The translations under genes and the position numbers were made by a program. DNA of 64,000 bases, from contig JARVGK010000003.1 in the NCBI GenBank assembly GCA_029762535.1, positions 32,001 to 96,000 on the forward strand, given 5' to 3'. How positions within the stretch are numbered: the first letter of the stretch is position 1; the number at the start of each line of letters is the position of its first letter. Below, piece by piece: positions 50,080-57,732 of the stretch. The notes beneath the pieces were generated by a model. It was not told the origin of the DNA, did not search any database, and was given only the letters and a program-made list of their open reading frames with translations. This stretch comes from Thermoplasmatota archaeon (lineage in GTDB: Archaea; Thermoplasmatota; Penumbrarchaeia; Penumbrarchaeales; Penumbrarchaeaceae).

Positions 50080-51273
50080 ATGGTACTGCGAGGTGGAGCT
50101 TTCTGCCCCGGGCATATCACCGGGCTTTTTTCCATACACGACGATACCGAGATGTACCTCCACAAAGGCTCCAGGGGGTCCGGGGTCTCCGTTACCCTCG
50201 GGGCCTCCGTTTCCACTGCACTGTATCCCCCTGAAGATGGGAACGGGACGGAGAACCTTTCACTGGAGCTTCATGTAAGGGGAGTTGACAAGTTCCCCGT
50301 GAACGATCCGATATACCGCCAGGTCCTGAAGGAGATGCTTCCCAATTCAGGTATCGGATGGAGGGCGGCTGTAAGGTCGAACCTGCAGCTGCCCGTAGGT
50401 CAGGGGTTCGGAATGTCGGGAGCCGGCGCCCTAGCCACCGCAATTTCCGTCTGGGAGGCCCTCCATTCGACCATTCCGCGCTGGGACCGAAAATTGAGGT
50501 TCAAGGGACAGCAGGAGATGTTCTTCTCGATGAAAACGTCGGAGTTCAGCGTCAGGCCGATAAGGAGGAGGATGCGCTCACACCTGCAGCTTCTGTCAAT
50601 GAAGGAGGAACCCTCGCTGCCTGTCCAGCCTTTCGGCAAACCCTCAGGAATGGTGGAGGAGGGAGGGGTCAGGCCCCCCATGAGGTGGCTCAAGGACAGC
50701 GAGGCCGAAAAAGGGTCCGGTGGGATCACGTACGCCGATTGCGTGAACGCGGCGCACAGGGTCGATGTCATGATCGGCGGAGGTCTGGGCGATGTGATCT
50801 CACAGGCCAGGGGCGGCGTGGAGATCAGGATGTCTCCCGGCGTCCCGCCCTACGGGGAGATCCACACCATCCCCGTGGAGCTGGACAACACCCCGAAAGT
50901 GATCGCCGCCACGGTGGGGCCCCCGATAGAAACTTCGAGGGTGATAGGGAATCCCGCAAGAAGAGAAAGGATACACGGGGCGGGCGAGGCGGCGTTGAGG
51001 AGGCTGACAGAAGCGCCATCGATGACCATGATGATGTCAGAGAGCAGGCAGTTCTCCATCGAGGCCGGGATCCAGAGCATGATGGTGAGGTCCGCCCTCT
51101 CCGAAGTCGATGCGATGGTGAAGGCCTCGCAGATAATGATCGGCAACAGCGTGTTCACCATGGTACCGAGCAAGGATAAGGACCTCGTCAAAAGTATCAC
51201 GGAGATCTGGGGAAGGAGAGGAAGCGTATTCTCCATGGACGTGGACCTGATCGGTGCGAGGCCCTTGACCTGA
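50080..51273 (+). CDS. pok: Pantoate kinase (GHMP family) with about 80-aa insertion
   Basis: FCPGHITGLF, LPVGQGFGMSGAGAL, GLGDV..Q..GG.EIR..PG; adjacent to coaBC. Confidence 0.88.
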   Translation: MVLRGGAFCPGHITGLFSIHDDTEMYLHKGSRGSGVSVTLGASVSTALYPPEDGNGTENLSLELHVRGVDKFPVNDPIYRQVLKEMLPNSGIGWRAAVRSNLQLPVGQGFGMSGAGALATAISVWEALHSTIPRWDRKLRFKGQQEMFFSMKTSEFSVRPIRRRMRSHLQLLSMKEEPSLPVQPFGKPSGMVEEGGVRPPMRWLKDSEAEKGSGGITYADCVNAAHRVDVMIGGGLGDVISQARGGVEIRMSPGVPPYGEIHTIPVELDNTPKVIAATVGPPIETSRVIGNPARRERIHGAGEAALRRLTEAPSMTMMMSESRQFSIEAGIQSMMVRSALSEVDAMVKASQIMIGNSVFTMVPSKDKDLVKSITEIWGRRGSVFSMDVDLIGARPLT

Positions 51274-51575
51274 CCAGCAGGGGTTCCTAAAGTTCCCAAG
51301 AGATGATACCGCCTTGTACACGAAGAAGAATATTGAGGCCGATATCTTCATTTGAATCCGATCAGGGCCGATCGGATCCTATCACTGAAGCGAACTTCGT
51401 ACGATCGGAGCCATCCATTCGATCCCTATTGACCCGACACGGGAGGGATCACATTGTTCTTGTTTCGCTTCTACCCAAACGTGATATAGTTAAAAAGCCT
51501 AACCGGGAAAGAAAAACCCTTATAGGCCATCCCTTTTGAGCGCACTGGGGTGATCGAAAAAAACAATGAAGGCGA

Positions 51576-52646
51576 GTGTTGATCATGTTGGAGGACCAGC
51601 TTTCCACATCCAGGTTCGAGAGCGTTGGGGTCAATGTCCCCTCCAGGTCACTCACGACCACCGACCTTATGAGGTCCATGAAGCACAGGATCGGGCTAGA
51701 CCTCGAGAGGCTTACGGGCATCCATGCTAGGAGGGTCTGCGCCCCAGGAGAGTCATCATACACATTGGCCCTGAATTCCGCCAGGGACTGCCTCAGCCAT
51801 TCGAGATACAAGCCGGATGACCTGGAGGTTATAATAAACTGCTCCATATCCCGTTCAAAGGACCGGAACATGATAGTCTATGAACCATCCATGGCCCATT
51901 ACATCCGTCAGGCGATCGGGGCCAAGAACGCAATGGTGTTCGATATCAACAATGCATGCGCTGGAATGCTAACGGGCGTTCAGATACTAAACGGTTATAT
52001 CAGGAACGGAATATTCAAGAACGGCATGGTCGTCAGCGGAGAGCATATAACGCCGATCAGCGACAGCGCGACAAGGACGGTCAGGTCGATAGCGAGCAGA
52101 CAGCTCGCCTCCCTTACCGTTGGAGACGCGGGAGCCGCGGTAATACTCGAAAAAACGGGGGATCGGGGCAACGGGATGTCGGTCACCCAGTTCACCACCC
52201 TCTCGAAGTTCAGCAGGCTCTGCATAGGAAAGCCGCTCACCAACGATATCGGCGGAATGATGGTGGCAAAAGCAAGGAAGATCCACAGGGTGGCCCTGGA
52301 CCACGCCCCTCAACTGATCAAGGGGGCCCTCATCAAGGCGGGACTGACCATAGACAGGATAGATCATCTCATCCCGCACCAGACCTCGAAAAGCTCAATA
52401 AAGAAAGGCATAAAGGAGATGGCCGACCATTTCAAAGCGACTCCCAAGAACGTCGTCATCAATCTGATGGAGTATGGGAATACGGCCTCGACGACAGTGT
52501 TCCTTGCCCTTCATGACATGCTCAAGGGCGGCATCGTGAAGAAAGGCGAGAAGATCATGCTATTGTGCTTCGCATCGGGCCTGGTCGTTGGGGTTATCAT
52601 CTTTACAATGGACGATCTGGTGGATCGATATGGGATCTCGAATTAG
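51576..52646 (+). CDS. oleA: OleA-like acyl-CoA condensing enzyme (KAS III/thiolase fold)
   Basis: GIHARR, SISR, EPS, NAC, LASLTVG, HQ and GN motifs; next to oleBCD-like genes. Confidence 0.7.
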   Translation: MLIMLEDQLSTSRFESVGVNVPSRSLTTTDLMRSMKHRIGLDLERLTGIHARRVCAPGESSYTLALNSARDCLSHSRYKPDDLEVIINCSISRSKDRNMIVYEPSMAHYIRQAIGAKNAMVFDINNACAGMLTGVQILNGYIRNGIFKNGMVVSGEHITPISDSATRTVRSIASRQLASLTVGDAGAAVILEKTGDRGNGMSVTQFTTLSKFSRLCIGKPLTNDIGGMMVAKARKIHRVALDHAPQLIKGALIKAGLTIDRIDHLIPHQTSKSSIKKGIKEMADHFKATPKNVVINLMEYGNTASTTVFLALHDMLKGGIVKKGEKIMLLCFASGLVVGVIIFTMDDLVDRYGISN

Positions 52647-53526
52647 GTCAGCCGCATTCGTTGGGAAGAGCCTCAACCCTTTCTCCAGAGGCGCCATATC
52701 ACTGGGTGTCAAGGCTGCGAGGAAATGCATCCATAACTCGGGTATAGACCCGTCAGACATAGGACTGCTCATCTTCTGCGGAATATACCGGGACGAGAAC
52801 ATCGGGGAGCCGGCCATCGCCTCGCTCATACAGTCCAATCTTGATATCAACCTCCTGAGCGAGGGTGAGAAGGGGACGTTCGCGTTCGACATACTGAACA
52901 GCGGTTGTGGGATGGTGACCGCGCTCCATGTGGCCGACAGCCACCTCCGATCGGGTGGAGGTGAATATGCGATGATAGTGGCCTCCGATCACATACCCAT
53001 CCCGAGCCATACCGAGGGTTACCCTTTCCAACCCGGGGGAGGCGCACTTCTGCTCGAACGCTCCGACGAGGACAGGGGCCTTACCGATTTCAGGTTCGAT
53101 ACATATCCGACCGACAAGGAGGCCTTCCACTCGTTCATCGAATACAGGGACGGAAAGGAGAAGGGTAAAAAGAAGGGGCAGTTCCTCAGGTTCGAGGAGG
53201 ACCCACATTTCCTGGAAAAGGGCGTATCGGGTGCGCTTATGACGGTTAATAAACTCCTTGAGAGGAATTCACTGAGCATCGATGACGTACGGTCGATCCT
53301 GCCATCCCAGAGCCCGACAGGCTTCCCCATTGCCCTTGGAAAAGGGTTGGGCCAAGAGAAGAGGACCATTGACCTTACAAGCATCCATGGGAACCTCCAC
53401 ACGGCGGGATTGGCGGCCTGTCTCGAGAGCGCCATGGAGAGCGATAAGCTTCCTGCGAACTCGAACCTCCTTCTCGTAAATGTTGGATCGGGAATATCGG
53501 TGGGCGCGGCCCTTCTCCGAACATGA
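52630..53526 (+). CDS. Second KAS III/OleA-like protein with degenerate catalytic residues
   Basis: GEPAIA retained; NAC becomes NSGC and HQ becomes SQ; GNLHTAG. Confidence 0.75.
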   Translation: MGSRIRSAAFVGKSLNPFSRGAISLGVKAARKCIHNSGIDPSDIGLLIFCGIYRDENIGEPAIASLIQSNLDINLLSEGEKGTFAFDILNSGCGMVTALHVADSHLRSGGGEYAMIVASDHIPIPSHTEGYPFQPGGGALLLERSDEDRGLTDFRFDTYPTDKEAFHSFIEYRDGKEKGKKKGQFLRFEEDPHFLEKGVSGALMTVNKLLERNSLSIDDVRSILPSQSPTGFPIALGKGLGQEKRTIDLTSIHGNLHTAGLAACLESAMESDKLPANSNLLLVNVGSGISVGAALLRT

Positions 53527-53557
53527 ACCATAGACCGGCCGGGACCTGTTATATCCG

Positions 53558-54553
53558 TCAGATCGGATGCCCCTTCAGATATTCTCCATACCTCTTCATA
53601 CCCTCCGCCGTGGAAATCCTAGGTCCGTAGCCAAGGTCCCTTTTGGCCGAGGAGATATCGAACCAGTGTGAACTGGTCATCTCCTCCACAAGGAACCTGG
53701 TGACAATGGGCTCTCCTCTCCTTCGAAGGAGGAAGTGGGTCAATTCCATGATCCCCGCTAAAGCCATGGCCGTCCATTTGGGAATGGACCCCCTGATAGG
53801 AGGGGCCCCTGCAAGGGCCAGGAAGTCATCGATGGCATCCCAGGCATTCACTGGCTCACCGTTGGTGATGAAATATGCTCTGCCCCTGCATCGTGGGTTC
53901 TCCTTGAGCGCTTTGAGGGCCAGGATATGGGCCTCGGCGGCGTTTTCAATATAAACCATGTCCACAACGTTCTTTCCGCCCCCTAACCTCTTCAACCTTC
54001 CGGCCCTTGCCCCCTGGACGAGCCGAGGGAGCAATCGGTCGTCCCCCGGACCCCAGATGAGATGCGGACGCAGTGCAATGGTCCGAATATCATCGCCGTT
54101 CGCTGAGAGGACCATACGCTCGGACGCCGCCTTGGTCCGGTTGTAATGCGACCCATGCACTGCGGGATACGGTGCGCTCTCATCGGCGCCCTCCATGTCC
54201 TTCCCATCAAAGACAACGGAAGGGGAGCTTGTGAAGACGAGGTAACCCACTCCGTTACTCCTGCATGCTTCGATCACGTTCCGGGTCCCCTCAACGTTCG
54301 TCCTGTGGAATTCGTGATAAGGCCCCCAGAAACCCACCCTGGCAGCAGTATGTATGACCGCATCCATGCCCCCGACGGCATCCACCACCGTTCGCTGGTC
54401 CCCTATGTCCCCTGATATCGTCATGATGCCGCTCTTCCCAAGTTCAGGATAGCTGCCTCTGGAGAAGCTCGTGACATCATGGCCCTGATCCCGGAGCATG
54501 TGACATATGGCTCCTCCCAGGAACCCGCCTCCGCCGGTGACGAGGACCCTCAT
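53558..54553 (-). CDS. oleD: OleD-like 2-alkyl-3-oxoalkanoate reductase (extended SDR)
   Basis: TGGGGFLG, TSSPSVVF, YNRTK, RPHLIWGPGD, WFDIS.A.RDLGY. Confidence 0.85.
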   Translation of the reverse strand: MRVLVTGGGGFLGGAICHMLRDQGHDVTSFSRGSYPELGKSGIMTISGDIGDQRTVVDAVGGMDAVIHTAARVGFWGPYHEFHRTNVEGTRNVIEACRSNGVGYLVFTSSPSVVFDGKDMEGADESAPYPAVHGSHYNRTKAASERMVLSANGDDIRTIALRPHLIWGPGDDRLLPRLVQGARAGRLKRLGGGKNVVDMVYIENAAEAHILALKALKENPRCRGRAYFITNGEPVNAWDAIDDFLALAGAPPIRGSIPKWTAMALAGIMELTHFLLRRRGEPIVTRFLVEEMTSSHWFDISSAKRDLGYGPRISTAEGMKRYGEYLKGHPI

Positions 54554-56175
54554 CAGAATTGCCTCCCGGCCCATTCCGCAAGCTCTTCCCTGAGTATCTT
54601 GGCATTGTGGCGAACGTCCATCGGGAATCCGTCATGGATCAGGATATCTCTAATATCCTCGGTCAGAATATTGGCCTTTCCCAAAGCCAGGAGCTCCTTT
54701 TTGATCCTGTCCGGATCGCCGATATTTTGGTCCTTCTTAAGCTCGACAACGATCACAGGCCTCTGGTTTCCTATTTGACCCACACCGACTAGTGCCGACC
54801 TGAAGACCAAGGGGTGTTTGTTGAAGATCGCCTCACATCTGACGGGATATAGCGTTCCTTTCTTTGTCACGACCCTGTGCGCCTTCCTCCCGCAGAACCA
54901 GAGCATTCCGTCCTCCAGATAGCCCGTGTCCCCCATTCTGTGCCATATGGTCTTGCCATCCAGTATCTTGGCGTTTTTGGTATGCTCAGGCTTCCTGAAG
55001 TATTCCTTGGTCACCGAGGGCCCCCTCACGCATATCTCACCGACTTCCCCATCCGGTAGGACCTCAGCGGACCCCCAATCCGCGACAGGTCCGTCCGTGA
55101 TCCGAATGATCCGAACCTCGTTGCCAGGTAGCGGCCTACCCACGCATGTTCCTGCTCCGGTCTCGGTCCTGCGGAGGGAGTGCTCCAGTATCACATCGCT
55201 GGAGATATCAGTTACTGGCAGTGCCTCGGTCGCCCCGTAAGGAGTATGGATAAGAGCATTTTTTGGCAGTATTCGGTGAAGATCGACCATGAGGTCGGGA
55301 CGTATTGGAGCTCCCGCGGTCACGATCCTTCTCACCGATCCCAGGGTCAACTTCCTCTCTATCCCGTAACGGGCCAGGTTCGTCAAGAGCGCCGGGGAAC
55401 CATAGACATTGGTGCATTTCTGGTCCTCAATGGCCCTGACTATGTTCTTAGGATCGGCCTTTCCGGGCTTGGTAGCATCCATGTAAGGGATGACCGAGGT
55501 CAGCCCCAGGTTGGCGTCGAATAGGGCGAAGAGCGGGAACGTCGCCAGGTCAACATCTCTCTTTTCGTATCCGAAATGGTCCTTTAGGAATCCGATCTGA
55601 TGGTCGAACATGGAATGTTCGTAGACCACTCCCTTCGGGGGGCCTGTGGAACCGCTGGTGAAGAAAATACCGACGGTATCCTCAGGCCTTCTCTTGACCG
55701 AAGGGAAAGGAGCGGGATCGGAGGATCGAACCTCTTTAAGCCTCTTACCGCCCCATGCACCTGTGGTTATCTTCAGTTCGACGGTCCTGAAAGCGGACGG
55801 TGAGAGTATCCTGAGTACATGGGCAAGGGGCGTCCCGATGAACGCCTTGGCCTCGACCTCCCCGAGGGAGGAGACGAGCCTCTTCTTGCCCATACCAGGG
55901 TCTATCATAACAAGGACAGCCCCCATTTTTAAAAGGGCGGAAGTGAGGGAAAAGAACTCTATCGAGGGTTTGACCATCAGGATGGCCTTGTCGTCCTTCT
56001 TGAGCCCCGCATCGATCAACCCCCTGGCGTATCTGTTCGATTCCTCCTCTAGCCTGCGGTAGGTCATGCTCCTATATCGAGGAGACGGATCGACCTGGAC
56101 CACCACAGCCGCCTTATCAGGTTGTGTCCTTGCTAACTCCGTCAACCTCTCCGAGAGGTTCGTCGTCGAATCCAT
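54553..56175 (-). CDS. oleC: OleC-like beta-lactone synthetase (AMP-binding)
   Basis: IDPGMG, FTSGSTGPPKG, DLATFPLFAL, TPYGATEALP, WHRMGD, GRKAHRV, DVRHNAKI. Confidence 0.88.
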   Translation of the reverse strand: MDSTTNLSERLTELARTQPDKAAVVVQVDPSPRYRSMTYRRLEEESNRYARGLIDAGLKKDDKAILMVKPSIEFFSLTSALLKMGAVLVMIDPGMGKKRLVSSLGEVEAKAFIGTPLAHVLRILSPSAFRTVELKITTGAWGGKRLKEVRSSDPAPFPSVKRRPEDTVGIFFTSGSTGPPKGVVYEHSMFDHQIGFLKDHFGYEKRDVDLATFPLFALFDANLGLTSVIPYMDATKPGKADPKNIVRAIEDQKCTNVYGSPALLTNLARYGIERKLTLGSVRRIVTAGAPIRPDLMVDLHRILPKNALIHTPYGATEALPVTDISSDVILEHSLRRTETGAGTCVGRPLPGNEVRIIRITDGPVADWGSAEVLPDGEVGEICVRGPSVTKEYFRKPEHTKNAKILDGKTIWHRMGDTGYLEDGMLWFCGRKAHRVVTKKGTLYPVRCEAIFNKHPLVFRSALVGVGQIGNQRPVIVVELKKDQNIGDPDRIKKELLALGKANILTEDIRDILIHDGFPMDVRHNAKILREELAEWAGRQF

Positions 56176-56179
56176 CAGC

Positions 56180-57082
56180 CTACCCCCTGCGCAGGGCTTT
56201 CCCCACCTCTTTCAGGATGCGGTCCCTGGCATCCTCTATGACATAATGTCCAGCATCCTGATATGTCACGAATCGGGCCTTCGGGAATCGAGCCCTCCAG
56301 ACGTCTAATATATCCATATCGAATATGAAATCCTTTTCACCCCAAATAACGAGCATCGGCTTCCCCTTTAGCTTTGACAGGTTCTCGTCGATCCACTTGA
56401 GCGTGCCGTAGCTTGGGTCCTTTGGTACGAGGGGTATGTCCTGAACGAACCTGAGCGTGGATAGGCGGTTCCTCCACGAGTTGTACGGGGCGACGTAACC
56501 CTTCCTTACATGGGGGTCCATCCTCTTTTCAACGCCGATATGGGACGCTATTCTGGAAAAAGCGTTGAGACCCCTGATGAGAAGGGTCGGTGAGATCAGG
56601 CCGTACTTCACGTAATAGAGAGACAGGGGCAATCTCTTGCCCTCCGGCATCCTGAAGGCCGCGGTGTTCATGAACACGAACCTCGAGAACCGCTCCGGAT
56701 GTCCGACCGCGACCCCTGCTCCGATCACACCCCCCCAATCATGGGCTATCAGAGTGATATCCTCATCGATGCCCAGGTGATCGAGGAGCGCTTCCACATC
56801 CTGGATCCTGGATGCGATCCTGTATTGGTATTTGTCCTCTCCTGGTCGGTCCGACAGCCCCATTCCCATATGATCGGGCACGATGCATCGGTGGTCCGCC
56901 CTGAGGTCCTTGACCAGCTCCCGGAAATAAAAAGACCAGGTCGGGTTGCCGTGAAGAAAAAGAACGGGAGGTCCCCTGCCCTCGTCGAGATAATGATGCC
57001 TCAGACCGTTCCTCTCGAACCAGTGATGTTCGAACGGGTAAATGTCCCTGAAAGGGGTAATATCGAAAGGTGTTCCATGCAT
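56180..57082 (-). CDS. oleB: OleB-like beta-lactone decarboxylase (haloalkane dehalogenase fold)
   Basis: HGNPTWSF, HDWGG, FVQDIP, WGEKDFIF, AGHYVIED; precedes oleC. Confidence 0.85.
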   Translation of the reverse strand: MHGTPFDITPFRDIYPFEHHWFERNGLRHHYLDEGRGPPVLFLHGNPTWSFYFRELVKDLRADHRCIVPDHMGMGLSDRPGEDKYQYRIASRIQDVEALLDHLGIDEDITLIAHDWGGVIGAGVAVGHPERFSRFVFMNTAAFRMPEGKRLPLSLYYVKYGLISPTLLIRGLNAFSRIASHIGVEKRMDPHVRKGYVAPYNSWRNRLSTLRFVQDIPLVPKDPSYGTLKWIDENLSKLKGKPMLVIWGEKDFIFDMDILDVWRARFPKARFVTYQDAGHYVIEDARDRILKEVGKALRRG

Positions 57083-57248
57083 TGTATCCGGGGACCAAGG
57101 TCCATATCCTAAATTAAGATTGCTTCGGGGATGATCCGCTTAGATCGATCTATTATCATCCATCATCATTCATGAACCCCGGGATGTTTAATTATGGTCG
57201 AGTGGGGTTCGAATCCCGTGCGTCGCTAGAGCTACAACAAATTAGATA

Positions 57249-57335
57249 TGGTGCAGGGGAAGGGATTCGAACCCTCGAACCACTAAGGACCAGACCCTGA
57301 ATCTGGCGCCGTTGGCCAGGCTTGGCTACCCCTGC
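57249..57335 (-). tRNA. tRNA-Leu(CAG)
   Basis: GCAGGGG/CCCCTGC acceptor, CCAGA-TTCAGGG-TCTGG anticodon arm, long variable arm, encoded CCA. Confidence 0.95.
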
Positions 57336-57657
57336 ATGTTTTTGCGTTTGTGCCTGGGTAGCGTATGGCCAACGGCGCCCCGAGACGCAGTCTCGGTGAT
57401 GGCGCCTCGGATGGGTGGCATGTGCCACCCGTCCCCTTCCGCGAACGCTTTGGTGGTGAGACCAAAGGGTTCTTGGGCAGGCTTGGCTACCCCTGCATGT
57501 TTTTGCGTTTGTGCCTGGGTAGCGTATGGCCAACGGCGCCCCGAGACGCAGTCTCGGTGATGGCGCCTCGGATGGGTGGCATGTGCCACCCGTCCCCTTC
57601 CGCGAACGCTTTGGTGGTGAGACCAAAGGGTTCTTGGCCAGGCTTGGCTACCCCTGC
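57336..57657. repeat. Two near-identical 161-bp tRNA-Leu-derived tandem units
   Basis: 57336-57496 and 57497-57657 differ at one position by eye; each ends in tRNA nt 1-24 (ttgg(c/g)caggcttggctacccctgc). Confidence 0.92.
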
Positions 57658-57732
57658 GATATCTGGGCATCGTTGATACGATGTCGCCTTTAACGACCGT
57701 TCGATAATAAAGATATCGATGAGAAGGTCTCA

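Noticed and set aside
50470-50718. Intein in pantoate kinase
   Set aside because: No N-terminal Cys/Ser block or C-terminal His-Asn, and it is too short.
51274-57335. Integrated mobile element carrying the ole cluster
   Set aside because: No integrase, and I found no direct repeat of the tRNA-Leu 3' end at the left border.
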